A stretch of DNA of 64,000 nt from Rubripirellula sp. (GTDB lineage: Bacteria > Planctomycetota > Planctomycetia > Pirellulales > Pirellulaceae). The stretch's first letter is position 1, and every line of letters begins with the position of its first letter. Shown one piece after another: positions 37,915 to 50,217 of the stretch. Position numbers and translations under genes: made by a program. Below the pieces are notes generated by a model. That model saw only the letters and a program-made list of their open reading frames with translations. It was not told the origin of the DNA and did no database searches. The stretch covers positions 3,264,001 through 3,328,000 of the forward strand of contig OZ244207.1 of NCBI GenBank assembly GCA_965216875.1. The letters are read 5' to 3'.

Positions 37915-38181
37915 TCAGCTGGGCGGCGTGAACTTTGGAACGGATGGTTCTTCCGGTTCCTCATCTTCGTCTGCGGTCGACTTGACCGGATCGTCCATCG
38001 TCAGCGCCTTATTGGCTTCGTATTCCGCCATTCGGAACTGCTGCTGGACGTCGTTGAGGCCGCGGCGAAACTCTCGGTAACTTCCACCAAGCTTTCGCGC
38101 GACTTCGGGCAAGTTGCCGCCGAAGAGGACAACGGCGATCACTCCGATCACCATCATCTCAAACGGTCCCATTCCGAACAT
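37915..38181 (-). CDS. Twin-arginine translocase TatA/TatB family subunit (TatB-like)
   Basis: MFGMGPFEMMVIGVIAVVLFGGNLPEVARKLGGSYREFRRG. Confidence 0.88.
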   Translation of the reverse strand: MFGMGPFEMMVIGVIAVVLFGGNLPEVARKLGGSYREFRRGLNDVQQQFRMAEYEANKALTMDDPVKSTADEDEEPEEPSVPKFTPPS

Positions 38182-38183
38182 AT

Positions 38184-38399
38184 TTAGGCGTTCTTGTCCG
38201 AGCCGTCGCTGTCTTCTTCGTCGAGCGATTCGCTCATGCCCGCCTTGAATTCGTTGGCACTTCGCCCGAGGTTTCGCATCAGGCTAGGAAGTTTCGCACC
38301 GCCGAAAAGAAGCAACGCCAAAAAGAGAACAATCAGCATCTCGGGCATGCCCGGAAAGCCGATCGCTGGGACAAATGAATTCATAAACAGTGTCATCAT
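38184..38399 (-). CDS. tatA: Twin-arginine translocase TatA/TatE subunit
   Basis: PEMLIVLFLALLLFGGAKLPSLMRNLGRSANEFKAG. Confidence 0.9.
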   Translation of the reverse strand: MMTLFMNSFVPAIGFPGMPEMLIVLFLALLLFGGAKLPSLMRNLGRSANEFKAGMSESLDEEDSDGSDKNA

Positions 38400-38937
38400 G
38401 TTCGCTCCGCTGGGTAAGGCTCTAACAATTGAGAACCCTCACGCACGCTCGGCGAAAGCGGGTAGGTCGATCGGGCACCCATCTGGTGCAACCGAACACC
38501 TCCAGGACCGAAGTGTTGGGGGGGTTTTGCAGTGGCGTCGCTTTGTCCGCCACGCCCACATTTTATTGACTTTCACGAGTTAGTCAAAGGCTCCGAAGGT
38601 GCACGAGTGAACATGCTGGGGCGGCGGCGGAATATCCGTCACAACCGGAATCGACCAAGTGATTTCTCAGCAACCGCCAAAACCGTCGTGTGAGCCAGCA
38701 CGTGGAATCGTCGCCTTTTCCGCTTGCGCGGCGGGAGCCTCAAACAGGCGAGGCGATGGCGCTCGGTACGTGAAAACCTTTCAAAGCTGCCCTCGATTCA
38801 CGGCGGCGGCTACCTAGATGGAGCTAGTTCTTGTCGTGAAACCCAATTGGCTCAGAAATGCGCGCGTTTTTTGGCGGGATTCGCGTTTCGAACTGCCTCT
38901 ACCTTTCGGGCACACGAACGACATCAATGAGTGTTCA

Positions 38938-39174
38938 ATGCATCACGCCAGTTCACAGCAGCACTCCGACATGAAGCCACAACGAGCAGCTTTGGAAATG
39001 CGCGTCACGCAATCGCTTCGACGCCTTGGATATGATCAAGTCCACGTTGCCCATCTTGGCAACGGACATACGCGATTGACCGGTTCGGTCCCAACCGTGA
39101 TCGACCGAACGATCGTGATGGCGGTCGCCAGATCGACCGCTGGCGTGGTCACGGTCAGCTGCGAAGTCGACTAG
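38938..39174 (+). CDS. Small BON-domain-like protein
   Basis: LEMRVTQSLRRLGYDQVHV...RLTGSVPT...AVARSTAGVVTVSCEV resembles one BON domain; start uncertain. Confidence 0.55.
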   Translation: MHHASSQQHSDMKPQRAALEMRVTQSLRRLGYDQVHVAHLGNGHTRLTGSVPTVIDRTIVMAVARSTAGVVTVSCEVD

Positions 39175-39189
39175 CAGCCACCCGCTACT

Positions 39190-39762
39190 TCACGACCTGG
39201 ATGTTTCGTGATTGCGAAATTGCCGGGTCTCTTTCAAGTGCGCGCGCAGCTGATTCCTGCAGCCCGTCACAAACTCGGAGACTTTTTCTGCGCGGTAGCT
39301 GGGATAGGTCCAGCGGTGTGATTGCCACTTGCGTCCGACGTAACAAAGCGTGACCTCGGCGAACATTCCATCGCGCAAGTAGATCCGATGATCACGATCT
39401 TTGGTCGTCGCCAAAACCAGCTTCGCCTGAGTCGCGTAGCCGGCATCCAGATTGAGCGGGCGATCTTCTTCGTGCGAGAAGTTTGCCGCGTACTCGGTTT
39501 CCCAGCGGTTGGATTCGTGCTTCCAGTCGGCGAGCTCGGCCGGATCACAGACGCCCGCCGTTGCAACGAGCACTTTGGTGAGGTCGGAGCCCATCGACGC
39601 GGTGTAGTACCCACCCGCTTCGAACGGGATTTCGGGTGAGACGATCGACGTCCCGCCCCATCGATCACCAATCCGGTCGATGGCCCACTGGCGGGCTGCG
39701 GCGTGCCTTGTGATCACGGCACACAGTCGGATGACCGGTTCGACTCGTTTGGTGGAGGCCAC
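39190..39762 (-). CDS. DUF4416 family protein
   Basis: YYTASMG, RPLNLDAGY, LVLATTKDRDHRIYLRDGMFAEVTL, WTYPSY; GTG start assumed at 39762. Confidence 0.85.
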   Translation of the reverse strand: MASTKRVEPVIRLCAVITRHAAARQWAIDRIGDRWGGTSIVSPEIPFEAGGYYTASMGSDLTKVLVATAGVCDPAELADWKHESNRWETEYAANFSHEEDRPLNLDAGYATQAKLVLATTKDRDHRIYLRDGMFAEVTLCYVGRKWQSHRWTYPSYRAEKVSEFVTGCRNQLRAHLKETRQFRNHETSRS

Positions 39763-39959
39763 GTGTGGGCTCTGATCGCGCTGGTGTGATGCTTGGACGG
39801 AAGACCAGTAGCATTGTAGCCTCACACCCTCTGACAACGGTAGCGACGGGAGTTACCGCTCTTGGCTCACGGTTTTGGGCTGGGTCTGCAAAACCGCGAC
39901 GGCTGCTAAACTGCACCCTCCAAACTGACCCCACTGCCCCGTCTGCTGAACCGACCGCC

Positions 39960-41063
39960 ATGCATCCCTGGATCGCCTCTCGCACTGAAACCTTCGACAG
40001 TAGCGGTATTCGCAAGATCTTTGACCTCGCTGCGAAACTCAAGGACCCGATCAACCTGTCGATTGGGCAGCCCGACTTTGATGTGCCGCCCGAAGTGAAG
40101 GACGCAGCGATCGAGGCAATCCGCGAAGGCAAGAACGCCTACTCGCCCACTCAAGGGATCGGGCCACTACGTGAAGCCTTACAGGCAGACATCAACGATC
40201 AATACGGCCACGACGATCGCCAAGTCTTCGTCTGCAGCGGAACCAGTGGTGGGCTCGTCTTGGCGATGATGTCGATGATCGAGCCGGGCGATGAAGTGAT
40301 CTATCTCGATCCCTATTTCGTGATGTACCCGGCGCTGCTGAAACTATTCGGCGGCGTCGCCGTCCCCATCGATTCGTATCCCGACTTTCGACTCGATCCC
40401 GACAAGATCGCTGCAGCGATCACCCCCAAGACCAAAATGATCTTGCTCAATAGCCCCGCCAACCCAACGGGCGTCACGGCCAGTGCAGCCGACCTGAAGG
40501 CAGTGGCGGAACTTGCCGAGCAACACAACATTGCTCTGGTATCCGATGAGATCTACAGCCGTTTCTTCTACGATGGCGACTTCGTTTCACCGGCTTCCTT
40601 CAACAAGAACACGATTGTGATCGACGGCTTTAGCAAGTCGCACGCAATGACAGGTTGGCGCGTCGGCTACGTTCACGGCCCATCCGAAATCATCCAAACG
40701 ATGCTGAAGCTTCAACAGTATTCGTTTGTTTGCGCGCCGCAACCGGCGCAGTGGGGCGCTCTTTCGGCAATGAACGTCTCTCTCGATGGACACATCGACG
40801 ACTACCGACGCAAACGCGATTTGATTTGCGACGGGCTCGAAGGTGTCTACGACTTCGAGAAACCGGGCGGTGCGTTCTACTTGTTTCCCAAAGCTCCGAT
40901 TGAAAGTGGCGAACGCTTTGTGGAGAAAGCGATCGAACAAGGCCTGCTGATCATTCCCGGCAATATCTTCAGCCAACACGACTCTCATTTTCGCATTAGC
41001 TTTGCCGCGTCCGACGAAACGCTCGAGCGCGGCATTGAGCTGCTGCGAGACTTGGCGAAATAG
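39960..41063 (+). CDS. PLP-dependent aminotransferase class I/II
   Basis: Start ATG 39960; INLSIGQPDF, NSPANPTG, SDEIY, GFSKSHAMTGWRVG. Confidence 0.95.
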   Translation: MHPWIASRTETFDSSGIRKIFDLAAKLKDPINLSIGQPDFDVPPEVKDAAIEAIREGKNAYSPTQGIGPLREALQADINDQYGHDDRQVFVCSGTSGGLVLAMMSMIEPGDEVIYLDPYFVMYPALLKLFGGVAVPIDSYPDFRLDPDKIAAAITPKTKMILLNSPANPTGVTASAADLKAVAELAEQHNIALVSDEIYSRFFYDGDFVSPASFNKNTIVIDGFSKSHAMTGWRVGYVHGPSEIIQTMLKLQQYSFVCAPQPAQWGALSAMNVSLDGHIDDYRRKRDLICDGLEGVYDFEKPGGAFYLFPKAPIESGERFVEKAIEQGLLIIPGNIFSQHDSHFRISFAASDETLERGIELLRDLAK

Positions 41064-41238
41064 AACAGAGCCTCGCTGGTCCTTGCTCGCCAGGATTCTG
41101 GCGTTCGGAACTGAGCCGATGAAGATTCCGACTGAAGCCGGTACGACGAACTGGGATGCACGAAGCCCGGCCGTTTGTTTGCAACCGGCCGCGATGCGAA
41201 TGATTCGTCTGAACCGGTGTGCACCGTTTGCAGCCAAC

Positions 41239-41277
41239 AAAAAAAGCGAGCGGCCCCAAAGAGATGGGATCGCTCGC
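41239..41277 (-). terminator. Rho-independent terminator
   Basis: GCGAGCGATCCCA...TGGGGCCGCTCGC followed by T7 on the minus strand. Confidence 0.8.
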
Positions 41278-41307
41278 AATAGGTTAGGCAGTGAAATTGG
41301 CTTGTTT

Positions 41308-41493
41308 TTATTCGCCGTCGTGCGATGTATCGCTACGCAACAAGTATTTCATCGAATCGTGCCGGGCATCGAGGCAAATCTCTTGAGCAATTGACTCAAG
41401 GGTTGGCGTTTGACTTGGCACGTGCGTTGTTTGCCGCTTGGTGGGTGCCGCTTCTTTCGGCATGAGGGTCGGCAGAGTAGTAATCGATTTCAT
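41308..41493 (-). CDS. Small hypothetical protein (61 aa)
   Basis: GAAGGT RBS, own terminator 30 nt downstream; C-terminal EICLDARHDSMKYLLRSDTSHDGE. Confidence 0.6.
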   Translation of the reverse strand: MKSITTLPTLMPKEAAPTKRQTTHVPSQTPTLESIAQEICLDARHDSMKYLLRSDTSHDGE

Positions 41494-42073
41494 ATCGCTA
41501 CCTTCGGTGTGATGTGAAAAAGAGCCCTAGCAAGTTGTTGATCCCAATGCTCCACGCTTTGAATCTGCTACACGCTTGTCATCAGCAACATGGTGCAGTG
41601 GAAGGGACGACTCACTATGAATAGTAAACCCCAAACGGAAGAGGAGTACTCGTCTGTTTGTCTGAACGCTCTACGAGACATGATGAAACGAAGTTCTGAT
41701 TTGTTGCAATAGCACGCGGCATACACTGCGGCGAACCGCACGATTTTTCAAAGAAAACGATCGTCGACGTCATCGAAGCTTCTCAATGTTCACGACGTTG
41801 TTCACTTCTTAAAACCGCCACCGTCCTTTTTTCATTTGCAAAGACCAGTTGACCCGACAGTCTGTCAGACCAATCGAAGCACCACCTCTGTTGAGTGATC
41901 GTAGAGCAGTGTAGAGGACAACCAAGGTGTGAAAATGTCACGGTGAATAATTCATCACAACGGAAGTGGCTTGTCGCATAATTGATCGCTGTCGCAATAT
42001 GGGCCGTTGTTTCATTCTGATTCGAAGTCCATTGCCTGAACGTTGGCTTTGCGAAACGAATGTCTCACAAACG

Positions 42074-42105
42074 AAAAACGGCCAGCGAGAAGACTCGCTG
42101 GCCGT
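42074..42105 (-). terminator. Rho-independent terminator of groEL
   Basis: ACGGCCAGCGAG-TCTT-CTCGCTGGCCGT-TTTT on the minus strand. Confidence 0.88.
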
Positions 42106-42133
42106 GCGTCAAATCAATGTGAGGGGTGACACA

Positions 42134-43786
<1,653 letters not shown>

Positions 43787-43884
43787 CTATTTCGAAGCGG
43801 TCGTTGCCAGAACGCGTTTCTCAGCGTCTCAATCCGAACGCGACTCGTGCCCGAGTCGAAAGACCGCAATACCATCGACAGTGT

Positions 43885-44202
43885 TTATTCGATCACCGCC
43901 AGAACATCGTCTTCACGCATCAGCAGGTATTCGACGTCGTCAACTTCGACGTTTTCGCCTGCGTAGCTGCTGAAGAGAACGTGATCGCCTTCTTTGAGTT
44001 GGCTTTCAGCGCGGGAGCCGTCGTCGAGCAACTTGCCGCTGCCAATGGCAACCACAACGCCTCGAGCTGGCTTTTCCTGGGCTGAATCGGGAAGAACGAT
44101 GCCGCCCGCAGTGGTCGATTCGCTCTCTTCACGCTCCACAACGATGCGTTCGCCCATCGGTTGCAAACGAATTTTTGCCTTCTTTTTGGTGGCAGTCGCC
44201 AT
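43885..44202 (-). CDS. groS: Co-chaperonin GroES
   Basis: LQPMGERIVV, TAGGIVLPDSAQEKP, YLLMREDDVLAVIE. Confidence 0.98.
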   Translation of the reverse strand: MATATKKKAKIRLQPMGERIVVEREESESTTAGGIVLPDSAQEKPARGVVVAIGSGKLLDDGSRAESQLKEGDHVLFSSYAGENVEVDDVEYLLMREDDVLAVIE

Positions 44203-44379
44203 CTCCGTGACACCTTTCTCTGTGCGGGAAGGGATATGTAAGGGGTATACGGTTGTCCAATTCGGGTTGGCGGACGCCAGCGAACTGGATTGATTCCAGT
44301 GTTGTTGGCCTCCTTTTTGAAGGAAGCCCTGTCCTGGGTGCGCAGCTTTGGCAGCGCGGACTCAGTCCACCCACTTCGA

Positions 44380-44395
44380 AGCAAGTCGTGTGCCA
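44380..44395 (-). promoter_or_regulatory. Sigma54 (-24/-12) promoter upstream of groES
   Basis: TGGCACACGACTTGCT matches TGGCAC-N5-TTGCW with exact GG-N10-GC spacing. Confidence 0.75.
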
Positions 44396-44575
44396 GACCG
44401 TCCAGTTTTGCTCGCAAATCCAAACCCACAAACAACTTAGCGACTTCCGAGGTTTGGAAAGGCAGTTCCCCCCGACCAAATTGGCAGTCCGTGCGGAACC
44501 GCCGGCGAGCGCTGACTTGAAGAACCACGCTCTGGCGAGCGTAACTACAACACGGGTTAACGCGAGCTCCAACAA

Positions 44576-44680
44576 TCACCCTCCGGCTTGCGGGAGGGTC
44601 GGACGCAAAGTCCGGGGAGGGAACACTTCAAAGAACAAACGCTCTCCGGGCCTTAGAGCCCGACTCTCCCAAGGGAGAGG
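44576..44680. repeat. Repeat family B
   Basis: Near copy of 23902-24010. Confidence 0.85.
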
Positions 44681-44842
44681 GTTAAAACGCGCAGTCGCTT
44701 ACCGGATCCGCGTCGCTGTCGCTCCTTGATCCGGCCTACGGCCGACGAAAGGGGCAAACGCTGCCTGCTTGCATACTCTGGCACCTTGGAATCATCCTGT
44801 TAGCCCCTCACAAGAACCAATACCCTCCCTCGGATCCACAAC

Positions 44843-46615
44843 ATGTCTCCAATGACGGGCTCACGTTCAACCCACCTGCTGGCCGCCGCGCTGCTTTTCA
44901 TCCTCGCGGTTCCTACTGCCAACATTGCCTACGGCCAAGAGAATTATCCCGCTGATCCCGCATCCTCGCCCAAAGATGGCGTCCCCAAGGGGACAGTCAC
45001 AAAGCATGAGTTTTCAAGCAGCAAGGTTTATCCAGGGACGGTACGCGATTACTACATCTACGTTCCGGCGCAGTATCGCGAGGATCAACCTGCAGCGTTG
45101 ATGGTGTTCCAAGATGGCCGCAACTACGTCAACGAAAAGGGTTCATGGCGCGTTCCAACGGTCTTTGACAACCTGATCGCTGCGGGCGAAATGCCGGTCA
45201 CCATTGCCGTTTGCGTCAACCCAGGCGTCGTTCCAGGCGGGGATGACGCCCAAGACCGCTTCAACCGAAGCTACGAATACGATTCGGTCAGCGACCGCTA
45301 CGCGTCGTTTATCGTCGACGAGCTCCTTGCCGAGGTTGGCAAACAATACAGCATCACCGACGACCCTAATCGTCGAGCGATTGGTGGTGCGAGCAGCGGC
45401 GCGATCGCAGCTTTTGGAGTTGCCTGGCATCGCCCCGATCAATTCCGCCGCGTTTTCAGCACGATTGGCACCTATGTGGGCTTGCGCGGCGGCAACGAAT
45501 ACCCGTCGATGATTCGCCACAGTGAACCGAAGCCGCTTCGAGTATTCCTGCAAGACGGCAGCAACGACTTGAACATCTATGGCGGCAGCTGGTGGAACGC
45601 CAATCTAACCATGCTCTCGGCTCTCGAATGGGCGGGCTATGACGTCAAGAACGTTTGGGGAGAAGGCGGACACAACGGAAGACATGGCGGTGCCATCTTG
45701 CCTGAGGCGATGCGGTGGCTATGGGCCGATTTCGACAAGCCCATCCAATCGCGTTCCGTGGAATCACACCCAGAACTTAAACAGCGACTGATCCAAGGAG
45801 AGGACTGGGAGTTGGTCAGCAAAGGGCACAAGTTCACCGAGGGGCTCGCAGTCGCTCCCGACAATGCGGTTTACTTTGCCGACACGGCTCGTGGCGAAAT
45901 CTGGAAAGTGAACGCTGACGGAAAGGGGGCTACCAAATTCGCTGACAACCTTCCAAGCGTTGCAGGCCTGATGTTCGATGCCGACGGCAACCTTTACTGC
46001 GCCCAATACGGACCAGGCACGATCACCAAGATCGACCCGCAAGGCAGTCGCACTACCGTTGCCTCGGCCGGCTCCTGCAACGACCTGGTTGTCTTGGATC
46101 ATGGAATCTATTTCACCGACTCGGAAAAGAAAGCGGTGATGTACGTGCCTCATGGTGGCGAGGCGCGCAAGGTGGGATCAGGACCTTCGATGCCAAACGG
46201 AATCATTACCACCCCCGACCAACGCTTTCTATTGGTCGCCGACTACTCAGGTCACTATGTCTGGTCGTTTCGCATCGAAGACGATGGCAATCTCGCGCAC
46301 GGGCAACCCTATTCCTACGTGCTCAAACCACGCGACGAACTGAGAACGGATGCCGACGGCGTCACGATAACAAAGGATGGACAGCTCGTGGTTGCCACCA
46401 AGCTTGGCATTCAGATCTTTGACCAACCCGGCCGATCTCACGTGATCCTTTCGCGTCCCGAACGAAAAGGCATGTTGACCAATTGCGTGTTGGCTGGTGA
46501 AGAGATGGACACGCTTTACATCACGCTCGGCGGCAGCGTCTACAAACGCAAAACGCGACTAACCGGGATCGCACCGTGGCAAGCCAAAGTCGCTCCGCCA
46601 AAGCCTCGGCTTTGA
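44843..46615 (+). CDS. Secreted fusion: Fes-like alpha/beta esterase + SMP-30/gluconolactonase beta-propeller
   Basis: YYIYVPAQY, ALMVFQDG, IGGASSGAIAAF (GxSxG), GEGGH; then FTEGLA, CNDLVV, PNGI, ADGVT. Confidence 0.9.
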   Translation: MSPMTGSRSTHLLAAALLFILAVPTANIAYGQENYPADPASSPKDGVPKGTVTKHEFSSSKVYPGTVRDYYIYVPAQYREDQPAALMVFQDGRNYVNEKGSWRVPTVFDNLIAAGEMPVTIAVCVNPGVVPGGDDAQDRFNRSYEYDSVSDRYASFIVDELLAEVGKQYSITDDPNRRAIGGASSGAIAAFGVAWHRPDQFRRVFSTIGTYVGLRGGNEYPSMIRHSEPKPLRVFLQDGSNDLNIYGGSWWNANLTMLSALEWAGYDVKNVWGEGGHNGRHGGAILPEAMRWLWADFDKPIQSRSVESHPELKQRLIQGEDWELVSKGHKFTEGLAVAPDNAVYFADTARGEIWKVNADGKGATKFADNLPSVAGLMFDADGNLYCAQYGPGTITKIDPQGSRTTVASAGSCNDLVVLDHGIYFTDSEKKAVMYVPHGGEARKVGSGPSMPNGIITTPDQRFLLVADYSGHYVWSFRIEDDGNLAHGQPYSYVLKPRDELRTDADGVTITKDGQLVVATKLGIQIFDQPGRSHVILSRPERKGMLTNCVLAGEEMDTLYITLGGSVYKRKTRLTGIAPWQAKVAPPKPRL

Positions 46616-47792
46616 ATGAAGCAGTAATCGGTGCGTGCGAGCACACACCCTACTGGGTCCAGCCGCTTACGCTGCTCGAAGCGGAGCACATGCAGTACGG
46701 GTCAGCGCATAAAAAATGCGAGCCGGTTTTCCATCCTGTCAAACCGGCTCGCGATCACTGCGTGCTCGAAGCTGTTGATTCGATCCATCGTCTCAATCAG
46801 CAGCAAACCTTTGAGCGAAGTTTCATTCGCAAAAAATGCAGCAAAAATAATTAGGGAGTGACGTCCGTGTCCGTAAAGGCTCGGTCCGTCAGTGCCAACT
46901 CCCGAAACTTAGGTCATCGCTTTCCTTGCGACGCGCCGCGGAACATCGAGTCATTCGATCGTCCTGTGGTCTTTCTCGCACCAACAACTTGGTGCGGTGT
47001 TCGGTGGGTTGCCAACACTGTTTGTTGACAGGCGAGCGCTGCTAAGGGCGAACATCAGATGGAAGAGTGGGAGGCAATCCGACGGAAACAAGCAAGCTTG
47101 TGTCATTCGGGATTCGCATCTCACATTCTCCAGATAAGTATGAAAGTTTTCCCGCGTCGCGTTGTTCGTTGATCGAACTGGCAACGCTTAAGGAATGTTG
47201 AAGATGGGAAGAATGTGGCGATGTTCGATTGCGTTGTCAACAACAAAGTGAGGCGACTTTTTTTTTTCAAGCGAACCAATTCTCGAAACACAACAAAATG
47301 CAGTCTCGCAACGTCGAAAGTTTTTTGCGGATCAATTTTGGACTCGAAACTCGTCTTGATCCATGTCGCATTTTTCGTTTCCCGGTTGTCGTTGTCGCCG
47401 TTCATGTTTCATCACGTGCGACTTAACAATCGAGCGTGCAAGGAACCAACCGCGCGCGCCCGAACCGAGTTGATCAGCGCGTCTTCAAACGTATCGACCG
47501 CAGCATGCACAAGGACCGAAGCAACCGTACCGAACATGCGGTCACCCGAACGCAACTTCGCACGCGGACGCCCGTGGTTGCACGTGCACTCAATGTGATC
47601 AAACGCGCGGCTGATACGTCACGCCGCGACGCAGCTTGACCCCACCAACGGGGCGTTACTTTGGCGAAAAAGTGGCCTAAACCCGCGATAGCGATCGACA
47701 ACGCACAAAAAACTTGACGAGCGACTCAGTTGACCATTAGCCTGAATGGGTTATCAGCTTATCGGCAATTCGCCAACACGGAGGCAAACGCG

Positions 47793-48266
47793 ATGGTCGG
47801 ATCGCTTCCGCTAGTCAAAACACTCACGATCAATCCTGCTTTCTTGCAGGAGATCAAGGACAGTAACCCCGACCTTTGGGACACTGTTCGTCAACTTCGT
47901 CAGGCGTGTCGTTGCGACAGTGAGCCTGCACGAACCGCGCGTAGCTTGGCACGTTTGCTAGATGCTCTACGTGATCATTTGGCCCTTCAGTTTTCGCTCG
48001 AAGAATCCTACGGCTACCTTGAAGTGCCGTTTGACCAGCACGGTGAAGTGGTCGCCAAGCTCGCCCGAGAAACTCACTCGCAACACTGCAGTCTCTATTT
48101 GCGGCTTAGCGAATTGGCCGAGCAGGCCGAAGAGTTGCAATATCGGGGGGTCGAGCCGACACAATTGCAAATACTGGTTCAATGCACCCTCGATTTCGAC
48201 CAATTGTTGCGCGATCACGAAGAATCCGAGCATGAACTGATCGAACGTTCATACCGATTCGTTTAG
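47793..48266 (+). CDS. Hemerythrin-like four-helix protein
   Basis: GGAGG RBS before ATG 47793; HLALQFSLEESYGY, QHCSLY, HEESEHELI. Confidence 0.7.
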   Translation: MVGSLPLVKTLTINPAFLQEIKDSNPDLWDTVRQLRQACRCDSEPARTARSLARLLDALRDHLALQFSLEESYGYLEVPFDQHGEVVAKLARETHSQHCSLYLRLSELAEQAEELQYRGVEPTQLQILVQCTLDFDQLLRDHEESEHELIERSYRFV

Positions 48267-48343
48267 AATACGTTTACGAACTTCGCGGTGAAGGGAACAC
48301 CGCCAACTCGCTGGGGCTTTCGCATGTCAAAAGTGGTGGCGCG

Positions 48344-48802
48344 ATGGACATAATCGGTGACTCAAAAACCAAACCGATGGAAATCCTGTTGGTCGAGGAT
48401 GGGTTGACCGATGCTCGGGTGACCATCTTTGCTTTACGCCGATCAGGGGTGTATCACCGATTGACCCTTGTCCGCTGCGTGAAAGAAGCCATCCAGTTCC
48501 TCAAGCGAGACGGCATCTTCAAGCGTGCCCCGCAACCTGACCTTTTGTTGTTGGACATGATGCTGCCCGATGGCTATGGCATCGATGTTCTCGAAGCAAT
48601 GCAAGAGTTCGAATCCGACATGAGCCGAACGACCTCAGTGGTCCTGACAGCCTCTCATGACGATGGCTTTCGCAAACGTTGCAACGAATTGAACGTTCAA
48701 GACTACATCATCAAGCCGGTTCACGAAGACAAGTTCATGCGTGTCATTCGTGACAACAAAAAGCTGATGATTCACAGCACTCCGATGCTTGCGACCGTCT
48801 AG
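48344..48802 (+). CDS. Single-domain response regulator (Rcp1-like)
   Basis: ILLVED, PDLLLLDMMLP, VVLTAS, YIIKP. Confidence 0.92.
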   Translation: MDIIGDSKTKPMEILLVEDGLTDARVTIFALRRSGVYHRLTLVRCVKEAIQFLKRDGIFKRAPQPDLLLLDMMLPDGYGIDVLEAMQEFESDMSRTTSVVLTASHDDGFRKRCNELNVQDYIIKPVHEDKFMRVIRDNKKLMIHSTPMLATV

Positions 48803-48842
48803 GTTGGATTCGCAAGGGATTTGGTGCGTGCAAGCACACACG

Positions 48843-50144
48843 CTACGAATCGAGTCCGCGGACTCCGCTTGCGGTGCTGCTGCCGAATTGGTCGACTTCG
48901 ACTCCCATACGCTGAGCCAGTGCGACAAATAGGTTGGCAAGTGGCGTGTTATCGTCGCTGTCGTGAGCAACGTAGCGGCCGTGATCGTAGCCGCCCCCCG
49001 CAACAATGATCGGCAGGTTGTGCCAATCGTGCGAGCTTGCGTTGCCGAGGTTGGACCCGAACAAAACAGACGTGTGGTCGAGTAGCGACTTACCGTTCTC
49101 TTCGATTGAAGACAACTTGCCGAGGAATTCCGCAAAGACTTCGAACTCCGCCTGTTCGATGATTTTCAGTTCTTCAATCTTGGCCGGGTCTTTGCCATGA
49201 TGACTCAGACCATGCCAATCACTGTTGACTCCCTCGATGGTTGGTACCGAATTCATACCGCTAAGCAGGTAAGTAATCGTGCGCGTCGAATCGGCCTGAA
49301 GTGCCAGCGCGATCATGTCATACAGCATGCGTTGTTTTGCGATCGCGTCGTTCTTGTCGGTAACGTCTTTCGGTTGTTCGGCGTCCACTTTCGGCTTTGG
49401 ACGCCGCGCCCAGCCTTCCGATTGCTGTAGCCGATGCTCGAGATCACGAATCGCCGCGAGGTATTCGTCAAGTTTGTGGCGGTCGATCGATCCGAGTTCG
49501 CGTTCCAACTGGTCGGCTCGCCCACGAACCGTATCAAGAATGCTGCGGCCCCTTTTGAGTTTGCTGACTTCTTGCTCAACCTCCTTTTCTGTCCCATTGA
49601 TAAAGAGAGCCGCGAAAAGCTTTGACGGAGAGGTCATCGCGGGAATCTCGACACCACTCGTCGTCCAAGACATGCTTCGCCCGCTCGTCGAGAGCGCCAG
49701 GAACGGGTACCGCGTTTCGATGCCGATCTTTTGCGCGATCAACTGGTCGACCGAAATCGAATTTCGAAAACCTGCCAACCCCGGTCGCTTTGCGGAGGTC
49801 AACCAAGTCAGCTCCGAAGCGTGGCCATTGTTTCCCTGTTGCTGTGGGTGGGACAGCCCGGAAAAGAGAGTGAGGTTGTCCAGGTGATCGGCGAGAGATT
49901 CCAAGTAGGGCGTCGAGGCTTCGTTTTGACCTTCACTCTCGGGGAACAAAAAGGGCGCATGAAACCCGAGCGTGGCGCACATCGCGACAAACCGCTTGGG
50001 CGACGATGCCCCGGTCGGCTCCAATGCAAGCACCTGCTGGCCGAGCGTTGGCCCCATCGCCTCGAGAAGCGGCAACCCGATGGCGGCAGCACCCGAGCCT
50101 CGCAAGAAGTGGCGGCGACTCATGGGATTTCGAGCAAATGACAT
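48843..50144 (-). CDS. DUF1552 family Tat-exported protein
   Basis: SRRHFLRG Tat motif, LPLLEAM, SISVDQLIA, DSTRTIT, HGLSHHG, SNLGNASSH. Confidence 0.9.
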   Translation of the reverse strand: MSFARNPMSRRHFLRGSGAAAIGLPLLEAMGPTLGQQVLALEPTGASSPKRFVAMCATLGFHAPFLFPESEGQNEASTPYLESLADHLDNLTLFSGLSHPQQQGNNGHASELTWLTSAKRPGLAGFRNSISVDQLIAQKIGIETRYPFLALSTSGRSMSWTTSGVEIPAMTSPSKLFAALFINGTEKEVEQEVSKLKRGRSILDTVRGRADQLERELGSIDRHKLDEYLAAIRDLEHRLQQSEGWARRPKPKVDAEQPKDVTDKNDAIAKQRMLYDMIALALQADSTRTITYLLSGMNSVPTIEGVNSDWHGLSHHGKDPAKIEELKIIEQAEFEVFAEFLGKLSSIEENGKSLLDHTSVLFGSNLGNASSHDWHNLPIIVAGGGYDHGRYVAHDSDDNTPLANLFVALAQRMGVEVDQFGSSTASGVRGLDS

Positions 50145-50217
50145 AGCGACGCGTCTAGTTGGAATGAGAGGGAAGGGGAGTGCTCTGTGATTTGGCAGAG
50201 TTTCGTTGGGCTGGGGC

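Noticed and set aside
41529..41546. Sigma54 promoter for the 61-aa gene (TGGGATCAACAACTTGCT)
   Set aside because: GG-to-GC spacing is 11 nt, not the required 10.
44340..44510. CIRCE (HrcA) operator upstream of groES
   Set aside because: Only TTGGCAG half-like words; no TTAGCACTC-N9-GAGTGCTAA inverted repeat.
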